Source of the DNA: an uncultured Anaerolinea sp.
GTDB lineage: Bacteria > Chloroflexota > Anaerolineae > Anaerolineales > UBA4823
DNA: 64,000 nucleotides
Direction of reading: 5' to 3'
NCBI GenBank assembly: GCA_964531975.1
Contig: CAZHFU010000002.1
Location: forward strand, 74,133-138,132
The notes below the pieces were generated by a model. The model did no database searches. It was not told where the DNA came from and saw only the letters and a list, made by a program, of their open reading frames with translations. A program made the translations under genes and the position numbers. Positions 40,104 through 48,522 of this stretch are shown here, one piece after another; the stretch's first letter is position 1, and each line of letters opens with the position of its first letter.

Positions 40104-43100
40104 AATTTGCTACCATGGACAATAACCAAACCCATCACAGCCCCCAACAAGCGGCGAATGCTTACCTCGTCCGGGGCCAACTGAACCGCCCGGCGCAGCA
40201 TCGCCTCCGCAGCCAGGTAATCTTTACTATCTTTTAGCACCAGCCCGGCCTGGTAATACGGGCGGTAATCCCCCGGAGAAACACTCATCGCCTTTTGAAA
40301 GACCTTTAGCGCCGATTTATACTGCCGCCGTTCCTGGTAGGCGCGACCCAACTCCATCAACATTTCCGGGTTGGATGGGGCCAGGTTAGAGGCTTCACTG
40401 AGGTGTTGAATCGCCTGGTCAAGCTGTCCACTCGCGCGCATCTGCATCCCAATCAAGGCGTGCAGCCCGGCGCGCCGCTCTGGAGTGAGGTTATTATGCT
40501 CATCTTGGAGCGCCTGGCGGGCGGTTTGTACTGCGGCGTCGTTCTCACCCGCCTCCAGAAGCCAGTTTGCCAGATCGGCGGCGATATCCGTGCGCTGGGG
40601 GTTTTGTTCAGCCAAGGCCTGTAAACCAGGCAAGGCGGCTTCCAGCCCCTGGGCGCGGCGCTGCACATTAGCCCGCTCCAGCTGCAGCGTTAAAGGGTCT
40701 GAACTGCTCAGCAGGGCGTGATCCAACACTTTAAGCGCCTCCAACGGTCGGTCCAAAGCCTCCAGGGCCTGGGCGGCCAGGTGCAGCGCCTCGCTGTGTT
40801 CGGGTTGCAATCGCAGCACCGCCTGGGCCTTGCTCAACGCGCCGCGAGGATTATTGCTCTGCATGGCAATCCGCCCGCGCAGCAGCAGCGCATCAGTCGG
40901 CTCGTTTAAGGCGGCAATCGCTTTATCGGCGCTCAAGGCGGCGGCTTCCCACAAGCTGGCGGCTGCCTGCGCCTGGGCGAGAGCTAACCAGCCCGGCCCG
41001 CTTTCCGGTTGTAGATGAACCGCTTGCTCCAGCGCCGTAATAGCGCGCGCAATTTGACCCTTCTCAATGTAGATTCGTCCCATCCCCAAGTGATTTTGCG
41101 CCTCTTGAGGATCGAGGGCGACGGCTTGCTGCAGATGCTGCATGGCCTTCGCATGGTCGGGCAGTCCTATAGCCTGCTGCTTGCTCTGATAAAGCTGGGC
41201 GGCCAGGCTTTGCCAGCGCGGCTCATCCGGCCAAATTGCCAGGGCCTGCCCAATCGCCGTCAGCGCCGCCTCCATCGCCTGGCAGGCCAACGCTAAGCGG
41301 GCTGTCAAGAAATGCAGCATGGCAATATTGGGCCAATCTGGGGCGGCGTTTTCCACGCAGCTACGGGCGTCGGTCAAGGCCTGGCGAGGATCGGGCTGGG
41401 CAAGCGCTTTTTGCACGCCCACCAGGGCATGGGCGCGCACATCGCGGCCATCAGCGGCGGGCGTCCAGGCAATTTGCAAACACTGCAGCGCCAACGCCGG
41501 CCGCCCTGCGCCGCGATAGGCCGCCATCAAGGCGGCCAGCGCCGCCGAATCTGGCGTCGTCGCCCGCAATAACCCCTCCAAAACCCCGGCCGTTGACACC
41601 GACGGCGTAAAAGCCGCCCGCCCACGCCCCATCCATAGCGCCAAAGTTTGCCGACAGGCATCGGTGAGTTGCGTAACCGCGGGGGTTTCCTGATACACAG
41701 CCGGCATCCCCAACAAACCCGCCGCCTGCCCAAAGGCGTTTTCCATCTCCTGGCGCTGCGCTTCGCTAATCGCCGCCGCCCCAGGAGCGTGACGAGTGAC
41801 ATCCACATCCTGGCACAGGCGTTGGGCCTCAGCCTTGAGGGTTAATAGCTGGGCGCGCTTGAAATACGCCAGTGGGGTTTCGGGGATCATTTCAATCAGC
41901 CGATCCACCACCGACAGGGCGTCATCGAACATGCGGCTCTCGATAAGCGCCTGCGCCACCCCCAAGAATGAAGCGATGTAATCCGCTTTGGTAGATGGGG
42001 GGACGGTAGGCGTCTGTTCCAGGCGCATGCGTGTAATCGCGTTGCGGGCCGCGCGACAGCGGCGATCGCGCTCATCAAGATCGATCACGCGGTTACGCAA
42101 GCGCGCTTCTGCAGCATGCGTGCGCGGATGGGTGTTATCCAACGCCCGCAGTTCAGCAACGGCTTCGGCGGCCAGCGCATCATCCCCCACATCCAAAGCT
42201 AACTCAGCCCGGCGCGCCACGTGTTGAAAATCGTGATAAGCCGGCGAATCAGCCGGCGCGCCGGACAGCAGTTGTTCCAGAGCCAGGCGCGGGCGCAAAG
42301 TGTCTGCGGCCAGGTCTGCGGCCAACAGATGCAGCGAGCTGCGCAGAGCCGGGTCGCTGTGGGGGACGAGATGTTCAACGCCGCGCATCGCTTGCTCAAA
42401 CGCTTCGGGCAAACGCGCCGACTGGCGCAGCGTATCGGCCAGGCGGTAGCGCAGCCGTGGATCGTGCGGCGCACGGCCAGCCGCTTCGCTCAGGCTGTCC
42501 AGAGCGTCTTGACGGCGACCGGCAGCCTGCAACAAGTCGGCCTTGCGAACATGCAGCGCAGCCTGTTCATCGTCAACCCCCAGCGCCTGGTCGATGGCCT
42601 GCAAGGCGGCGGCTGCATCTCCGGCCATCTCGTGGGCCAGGGAAAGCTGGGCGAGCAGTTGCGCCCGCGCCGCCGGTTGAGTGGCTTCGGCCTCTGGAGC
42701 ACGGCTTGCCAGGGCCTGGTAGAGGCGCACCGCCGCGGGGCCTTCTCCGCATTGCAAGGCTGCCTCCGCGCCCTTCTTTAGCGTCTCCCCGGAAAGCTGC
42801 TCCACTGGCAAATCTGCGGAAGCCAGCCGCCGGAAAGATTGCGTGGCGCGGGTCAAATCGCCGGCCTCCAGGTGGGAAAGCCCCAGGCGAAGCAGCAAAT
42901 CGCCGCGTTTGGGTGCATATCGCCCCGCCTGGGTGAGCGCCTGTTGCAGGGTGCGCTGCACCGCGTCCAGGTGAACGCCGGGCACAGCGCGCAAACGGTC
43001 GGCGTGATCCGCCAACCAAACCAGGTTCTCGACATTTTCAGGCTGTAAGCGTAAGTTTTCCTGGGCGGCTTGCAGCGATTCAGGAGCCAGGCCACACGCC

Positions 43101-45691
43101 AGGTAGGCCTCCGCCAGGCTGCGGTGCAGATCGGCATTATCAGGCTGCGCCTGAACCGCATCTTTGAGGGCGGCGGCGGCCATTTCGGGCTGATCGAGGC
43201 CCAGGGCGGCCTTACCAAGCCCCGTCGCCAGGCGTATGCGCAAGCCGGCCGCCTGGTTAGCGGGTTCATCTAAAGCCTGCCGAAACGAGTGCATGGCTTT
43301 ACTGGTTTCACCCACGGCTGCGTAGGCTTCGGACAGCAAAACGAGCGCCTCGCCCCGCGTTTCACCGTTCACATTGGCATGATGGGCCTGGGTGAGCCAT
43401 TCCAGGTGCGGCAAAGCCTGCCGCGCCGCCGGAGCGGTTTGCGGTGAACGCATCAGCGCTCGCGCCAGTTCCAGGCGGGGCTGCGCCGCCTCTGGCTGCC
43501 AGGCAACCACCTGCTCGAGCAAGGGCGCGGCCTCATCCAGTCGATCCAGGCCAAGGCGAGTTTGCGCGACGGCATAAGCCAACTCGGCAGCCAGGGCAGC
43601 GGGCAAAGCCTCTTGCGCCATGGGGGCCGCAAAGGCCGGTTCTAACACGGCCTGGGCTTCTTCCAAAAGGCCCATGCGCAGCAAGGTTTGCCCCAGGCGC
43701 AGCGGTGTGCGGCCATTGCAACCCAACTTTGCCGCCGTTCTAAAGCATTGCAGCGCCTGGGGCATAGATCCCTGCCGTTGGTAGGCCTCACCCAAAACCA
43801 GGTGAAATTCGCCCTCTTGCGGCATCGCCTGGATAGCCTGCTGAAGGGTCTTGACTGTCTGCTCCGGCTGATCCAGGTGAACGATGGCCTGCACAAGCCC
43901 ACGCCATAGGTCGGGCTGGTCCGGCGCCAGGCGAGCGGCGTGTTCAAAATGCAGGGCTGCGCCGGCGTCGTCTCCGGCGGCCTGGGCGAGGCGCGCCAAT
44001 GCCTGGTGTGCATCCAGGTCGTTGGGGGCCAACGCCAGCGCCTGGCGGCTTGCCGCCGCCAATGGGCTGCCTTGGCCGGCATGCTGGGCACAGACCATCA
44101 TGGCATGCAGCTCGTCCAGGGTGGGATGAGGGTTCTCGGCCAATGCCTGAGAGCGTTCTTCCAACGCGGCCGCCCACTCATCTTGGGCTTCCAGGGCCTG
44201 CACCATCAAGCCGTGCAGCGCCCGAATCGCATCTTCGTCCGCCGGCTGCTGTAAACCCAGCCCGGCAAGCGCCGTGCATGCGTCACCCAAAGCGGCTTCT
44301 ACTTCGCCCAAGGTAAACGCGGTTTGAGCCGCCTGGCGCAGTAAGATCGGGTCAAGCGGGTAGACCTCCAACCCCAAGCGGGCGGCTCGTAAGCTCTCTT
44401 TCGCTAACCCTTCATCGCTTAACAATTGCACCAGCGCGCGATACTCGTCCAGCGCCAGTTCGCACCCCTGCGCATCTAACACGTGCACGGTTTGAGCAGC
44501 CTGACTGGCGGCCTCTTTATGATTATCTAAGCGCGCTGCCACCTGCGCCCACGCCAGAGTCAGGGTGGGATGATGATCGCCATCGGCCTGGCGGCGTTCC
44601 AAATAAGCGCGGGCGTCCATGGCCCGGTCGGCTTGCAGCAAAGCGCCTACCAGCCCGGCCACGAAGGGGTGTTCATCGGGGGCCATATGGAGGGCCTGCC
44701 TCCAGGCTTCCAGGCTGGTCTCTTGCGCTGTATCGTTCCAATCTTCATCGTGCGGGCCATGCGCCATCGAAACCGCCTGTGCGAACAGCGCCAGCAGATG
44801 GCCGCGCAGACGGCTCATCTCGCGCAGCGATTCGGCCAAGAGCGGCATGGCGGTGTCCAGGTCGGCGGCCAATTGATACGTCTGCGCCAGGCGCAGCGAT
44901 CCCGCCAGGCTATAGAACTGCTCGCCCAGGTCCGCGGAGGCGGTCTCCGGGCGGGGAGCCGCCCACACCGCCGCCTGATCGGCCAAAAACCGCTTCGCCA
45001 GGCGCTGTGATTGTGAGGGGCGGTGCAGCGCCAATTCGCGCAGCACTGCCAGCCCGTGCGCCGGCGGCAGGTCGCCAAGCAGGGCGTTGACCTGTTCGTA
45101 CAGCGCCTCTTCGGGCTGCGGTTGGCACAGCAGCGCATGCACGGCCAACATCGGGCCGGCGCGGCCATCGGTTTGCACCAGGGCGCGCAAGAAGCGACCG
45201 GCGTCGGGCAGCAAGCCGTAAGCAATCGCCGCACAGCACAATCCTTGCGCCCCAACCAGCGGTGCGCTGTGCAGCGCCTCCCGCCAACTAGCGCCAGCGC
45301 GGTAGCTTTCGCGCAAGCGCAGCGCTTGCCAGGCAGCGGCGCGCAGCGTTTCGAGGGCGTTATCACTCGCAGATCCCCCCTGGCGTGGGCCAGGCTGCTC
45401 AAGTTCAGCTTTAGCGCCGTTCACCCAGGCCTGCCAGGCTTCCGGCAAAGCTTCTAATGGCGCGGCTTGTAATTGCGCCGGCGATAATGGGCTGTCTAGC
45501 GCCAGCAATGCCAGGGCGGCAGGCCCCCAACCGGTGCTGTGCGGCGGACGGCCCAACGCTTGCGCTCCCAGCCGGCTGCCATCCAGCGCCTCCCAAATCA
45601 GCTTATCTTGCCGCAAAGCAGCCAGCGTGTAGACCCATTCTTGCCCCGTCAATCGGGTTTTCAATGCCATAACCAGAGGGGTTTGTTTCAT
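40100..45691 (-). CDS. Giant tetratricopeptide-repeat protein (~1863 aa)
   Basis: The protein is helical A/L/Q-rich throughout, with dozens of TPR-like units (for example AYQERRQYKSALKVFQKAMSVSPGDYRPYYQAGLVL). I prefer the start at ATG 45691 (MKQTPLVMALK), which shares one base with the upstream stop (TGATG). The track start at 45991 would overlap a better membrane-protein ORF. Confidence 0.8.
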   Translation of the reverse strand: MKQTPLVMALKTRLTGQEWVYTLAALRQDKLIWEALDGSRLGAQALGRPPHSTGWGPAALALLALDSPLSPAQLQAAPLEALPEAWQAWVNGAKAELEQPGPRQGGSASDNALETLRAAAWQALRLRESYRAGASWREALHSAPLVGAQGLCCAAIAYGLLPDAGRFLRALVQTDGRAGPMLAVHALLCQPQPEEALYEQVNALLGDLPPAHGLAVLRELALHRPSQSQRLAKRFLADQAAVWAAPRPETASADLGEQFYSLAGSLRLAQTYQLAADLDTAMPLLAESLREMSRLRGHLLALFAQAVSMAHGPHDEDWNDTAQETSLEAWRQALHMAPDEHPFVAGLVGALLQADRAMDARAYLERRQADGDHHPTLTLAWAQVAARLDNHKEAASQAAQTVHVLDAQGCELALDEYRALVQLLSDEGLAKESLRAARLGLEVYPLDPILLRQAAQTAFTLGEVEAALGDACTALAGLGLQQPADEDAIRALHGLMVQALEAQDEWAAALEERSQALAENPHPTLDELHAMMVCAQHAGQGSPLAAASRQALALAPNDLDAHQALARLAQAAGDDAGAALHFEHAARLAPDQPDLWRGLVQAIVHLDQPEQTVKTLQQAIQAMPQEGEFHLVLGEAYQRQGSMPQALQCFRTAAKLGCNGRTPLRLGQTLLRMGLLEEAQAVLEPAFAAPMAQEALPAALAAELAYAVAQTRLGLDRLDEAAPLLEQVVAWQPEAAQPRLELARALMRSPQTAPAARQALPHLEWLTQAHHANVNGETRGEALVLLSEAYAAVGETSKAMHSFRQALDEPANQAAGLRIRLATGLGKAALGLDQPEMAAAALKDAVQAQPDNADLHRSLAEAYLACGLAPESLQAAQENLRLQPENVENLVWLADHADRLRAVPGVHLDAVQRTLQQALTQAGRYAPKRGDLLLRLGLSHLEAGDLTRATQSFRRLASADLPVEQLSGETLKKGAEAALQCGEGPAAVRLYQALASRAPEAEATQPAARAQLLAQLSLAHEMAGDAAAALQAIDQALGVDDEQAALHVRKADLLQAAGRRQDALDSLSEAAGRAPHDPRLRYRLADTLRQSARLPEAFEQAMRGVEHLVPHSDPALRSSLHLLAADLAADTLRPRLALEQLLSGAPADSPAYHDFQHVARRAELALDVGDDALAAEAVAELRALDNTHPRTHAAEARLRNRVIDLDERDRRCRAARNAITRMRLEQTPTVPPSTKADYIASFLGVAQALIESRMFDDALSVVDRLIEMIPETPLAYFKRAQLLTLKAEAQRLCQDVDVTRHAPGAAAISEAQRQEMENAFGQAAGLLGMPAVYQETPAVTQLTDACRQTLALWMGRGRAAFTPSVSTAGVLEGLLRATTPDSAALAALMAAYRGAGRPALALQCLQIAWTPAADGRDVRAHALVGVQKALAQPDPRQALTDARSCVENAAPDWPNIAMLHFLTARLALACQAMEAALTAIGQALAIWPDEPRWQSLAAQLYQSKQQAIGLPDHAKAMQHLQQAVALDPQEAQNHLGMGRIYIEKGQIARAITALEQAVHLQPESGPGWLALAQAQAAASLWEAAALSADKAIAALNEPTDALLLRGRIAMQSNNPRGALSKAQAVLRLQPEHSEALHLAAQALEALDRPLEALKVLDHALLSSSDPLTLQLERANVQRRAQGLEAALPGLQALAEQNPQRTDIAADLANWLLEAGENDAAVQTARQALQDEHNNLTPERRAGLHALIGMQMRASGQLDQAIQHLSEASNLAPSNPEMLMELGRAYQERRQYKSALKVFQKAMSVSPGDYRPYYQAGLVLKDSKDYLAAEAMLRRAVQLAPDEVSIRRLLGAVMGLVIVHGSKL

Positions 45692-46020
45692 CACTGCACC
45701 TGAAAGAGTACCATGGCAAAATATACCGAGGCGGCCATCATTAATAGGCCAAAAATGCACAAGGTGATGCCCACACCGCGCTTCGTATTTACCAGCTGGT
45801 TCATCGCATCCACCAGGGTTGAGGCGTTCCCCACAATGCCGGAAAGGTCTTCCACCAGGCCCTTCTGCGCCAGGCGCGCCGTATAGTTCGCCAGGGTTTG
45901 GATATCGGCCCCGGCTGTCCGCAGGGTTAAGACCCAAATCCCTATCATAAATGTGAAAAGCCCGGCCAAAAAGAATCCGCTGTCGAGCCAAACAAATAAA
46001 TTCGCTGCTGTAGGCATCAT
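45691..46020 (-). CDS. Hypothetical two-TM membrane protein (109 aa)
   Basis: The product reads MMPTAANLFVWLDSGFFLAGLFTFMIGIWVL, then a ~50-aa helical loop, then VGITLCIFGLLMMAASVYFAMVLF. A ggagg SD lies 9 nt upstream of ATG 46020. Confidence 0.6.
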   Translation of the reverse strand: MMPTAANLFVWLDSGFFLAGLFTFMIGIWVLTLRTAGADIQTLANYTARLAQKGLVEDLSGIVGNASTLVDAMNQLVNTKRGVGITLCIFGLLMMAASVYFAMVLFQVQ

Positions 46021-46025
46021 GCCTT

Positions 46026-46844
46026 CTACCTCCATAGGGGTGATAAGGTTGGGAACTGGCAGTTTAGCCCGCCGTTGCCGATTATTTCTTGCCAGGTCTG
46101 CTGAAAATAGGTCTGGCTCATATCGGTCACCGCGGTATTTAGCCACAACCCGGCCATTAGATTGGGATCGGCTGCTGCAAAGGATCGCTCCCAATCGCGG
46201 CACAGGCCATCTAGAACTTGCGCCTGGCGTATGCGGGCTTCTCCCGCCGGCGTGACGGTGGTTAAACCCGCCAGGAGCTGATCGGGCATGACAGCCACGC
46301 CGTTTAACGGCGCACCGCCGGTCAGGTGCAGCAAACCGCTAAGCGAAGCGCGATCTAAAATCAAATACTGGTTCCAAAGCAGATTTTTACTATCAAGGGC
46401 GTTGATGAAGGCCGGGTCGGCCTGACTGCGTGGCGACCATCGAAAGCCGGCGTCCAGTTCGTCTGGGGTCTGGGCGCTTTGCGCAGAAGGCAGCAGAGGG
46501 AAAAAAGAAACCTCATTATCTTGTTGGCTGCGCACAATGAGCCACAAGCCTTCCAGGCGAGCGCCGTCTTCTAACCGCTCTACCCAGCCTAAAACAATAT
46601 TTTCCTGTTCATTGTTACCAAAAAACGCCGCGGGCGTGCCCACCACCGGCGCAGCAGGCGGGGGATTGGAGGGGTTGGGGGAGTGGGAAGCGGTTATGGT
46701 AAGAATGCCAAAAAGGATCACCACCGCGCTGAGCACAACGACAATCGGCCCACTAGAGGTTGTGCGGATATATTGGATGGCATCATCGAGCGCCACCCAA
46801 AGGGCAATCTCAAAGCGATTTAAAATAGTGTTGATTGTCACCAT
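46026..46844 (-). CDS. Hypothetical membrane-anchored protein (272 aa, one TM, extracytoplasmic domain)
   Basis: The TM segment reads PIVVVLSAVVILFGILTITA and is followed by a P-rich segment and a globular domain. I recognise no family with confidence. Confidence 0.6.
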   Translation of the reverse strand: MVTINTILNRFEIALWVALDDAIQYIRTTSSGPIVVVLSAVVILFGILTITASHSPNPSNPPPAAPVVGTPAAFFGNNEQENIVLGWVERLEDGARLEGLWLIVRSQQDNEVSFFPLLPSAQSAQTPDELDAGFRWSPRSQADPAFINALDSKNLLWNQYLILDRASLSGLLHLTGGAPLNGVAVMPDQLLAGLTTVTPAGEARIRQAQVLDGLCRDWERSFAAADPNLMAGLWLNTAVTDMSQTYFQQTWQEIIGNGGLNCQFPTLSPLWR

Positions 46845-46856
46845 AACCTCCGAATT

Positions 46857-47123
46857 CTAGCGCGACGAGCTAATTTTAAGTATCTTGCCCTGCCGGTCTA
46901 CCAGGACGCGCACCACGATGGGAATCGCCGTCCGATCGGACGCGGCAGCCTGGCCCTTATAGATCATTAAATATGCGGGTTGACTGCCTGAAGCCCCCCT
47001 ACCCGCCCCTAAAAGCGCCGCCGTAAACGCCCGATAAGATTGGATGCGGGGGCGCTTGCCGGCCAAAATTGGAAAACGGCGATAAATTTCCTGGTTAACA
47101 GAAGCAAGCATTTGTGTTTTCAT
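46857..47123 (-). CDS. Hypothetical small protein (88 aa)
   Basis: The ORF starts 3 nt after the ftsZ stop and ends 12 nt before the next start. I recognise no motif. Confidence 0.5.
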   Translation of the reverse strand: MKTQMLASVNQEIYRRFPILAGKRPRIQSYRAFTAALLGAGRGASGSQPAYLMIYKGQAAASDRTAIPIVVRVLVDRQGKILKISSSR

Positions 47124-47126
47124 CTA

Positions 47127-48464
47127 TCACCGCCGGCGTATATAAGTGGGGATGTTCAGGTCGGAGCGAGACGGCGAGTTAGCGCCCTGCAGGCCATGCG
47201 CGCCGCCCGCCAGCGCGTCCGGCGCAGTCACAGCCACCGCCGGTGAAGCCACTTGCACATCCACCGGCGCTTCTACCTGCGAGCGCGGCGACTGCAAAGC
47301 CGAGACGCCGTGCGATGAACCGGCGGGCGCATCCACCGGCGACCCCGCCCGCCCTTCCAGTCGCCCCGGCAGGCGCGCCGCCGCCGCGCCGCCAGCAGCA
47401 TCGCGCTCCCCGCCCGGCGAGGCCTTCGCCGGTTTGACCGCGAACAGCGCGTCGCTCAGGCTTGGCTTCCCCAAGCCGGTCACTAACAAAATCACCTGGG
47501 CGCGGTCTTCCATGCGTTCGTCGTTGGTTAGCCCAAAGAACAATTCCACCTCGTCTCCGGTGAGTTCTTGCAATCCGCTAAGGGCTTCCTGCACCTCAAA
47601 CAGGGCCAGGTCGCTCCCGCCGGTGAAGTTGACGATGATCCCGCCCGCGCCGCTCAAGTCCACCCGATCCAACATGGGGTGATTCAAGGCCTGCTGCACG
47701 GCCTGGATGGTCTTATTCTCACCCTGGCCTTGCCCAATCGCCATCAGCGCCCCGCCGCCCATTAACAGGATGCGCCGGATGTGGGCGAAGTCGATATTAA
47801 TCAGGCCGGTCTCGGCGATCAACTCGGTGATGCCCTGAACCGCCTGGCGCAGCGCGTCGTCGGCCAACTGGAAGGCCAGCTGCAAAGGCAGGGCGGACGA
47901 GGCATCGGTGTTAAGGCGGTCGTTAGAGATCGTCACCACGGTATGCGCATGACGGCGCAAATTCGCCAGCCCCTCATCGGCGGTGTGCTTGCGGTGGGCC
48001 ATCTCAAATTCGAAAGGCGTGGTAACAACGCCAACCACAACCGCGCCGAGCGAGCGGGCGATTTCAGCGGCCACTGGAATGGCGCCGGTTCCGCTGCCGC
48101 CGCCCATACCGGCGGTGAGAAAGACGATATCAGCGCCACTCAGAGCGGCTTTGATCGCTTCCCGGCTTTCTTCAGCCGCGGCCCGACCGCGCTGGGGGTT
48201 GCCGCCGGCCCCATGCCCCCCAGTAACCTTTGGTCCCAATAAAATGCGTGTGGGGGCCGAGTTAAGTTTAAGCGCCTGAATATCGGTATTGGCCGCGATG
48301 AACTCCACGCCGCCCATTTGCAGCGCCATCATCCGTTCCACTGCATTGCAGCCGCCCCCGCCCAGGCCTAACACTTTCATCACGGGCCGCAGGGGCTGCC
48401 CGGCTTCGCAAGGCACGGAAGATGAACAAGATTTGACAGGCTCAGGGCTAGAAATAGAATTCAT
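47127..48464 (-). CDS. ftsZ: Cell division protein FtsZ (divergent signature motifs, long P/A linker)
   Basis: The sequence reads KVLGLGGGGCNAVERMM...GVEFIAANTDIQAL...GHGAGGNPQRGRAAAEES...GADIVFLTAGMGGGSGTGAIPVAAEIA...VVTTPFEFE. The C-terminal peptide is DLNIPTYIRRR. An aggagag SD precedes ATG 48464. Confidence 0.92.
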   Translation of the reverse strand: MNSISSPEPVKSCSSSVPCEAGQPLRPVMKVLGLGGGGCNAVERMMALQMGGVEFIAANTDIQALKLNSAPTRILLGPKVTGGHGAGGNPQRGRAAAEESREAIKAALSGADIVFLTAGMGGGSGTGAIPVAAEIARSLGAVVVGVVTTPFEFEMAHRKHTADEGLANLRRHAHTVVTISNDRLNTDASSALPLQLAFQLADDALRQAVQGITELIAETGLINIDFAHIRRILLMGGGALMAIGQGQGENKTIQAVQQALNHPMLDRVDLSGAGGIIVNFTGGSDLALFEVQEALSGLQELTGDEVELFFGLTNDERMEDRAQVILLVTGLGKPSLSDALFAVKPAKASPGGERDAAGGAAAARLPGRLEGRAGSPVDAPAGSSHGVSALQSPRSQVEAPVDVQVASPAVAVTAPDALAGGAHGLQGANSPSRSDLNIPTYIRRR

Positions 48465-48522
48465 TCAAAACTCTCCTGGTTACATGACTACTGGCAAAAC
48501 CATTTGCCGGTGTGGGGAACAG

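Noticed and set aside
45692-45991. The upstream 100 codons of the track ORF for the TPR protein (start at 45991).
   Set aside because: This segment (MARQRILFGRAFHIYDRDLG...) has odd composition and lies out of frame over a better-supported two-TM ORF that has its own SD. The ATG at 45691 is coupled to that ORF's stop.
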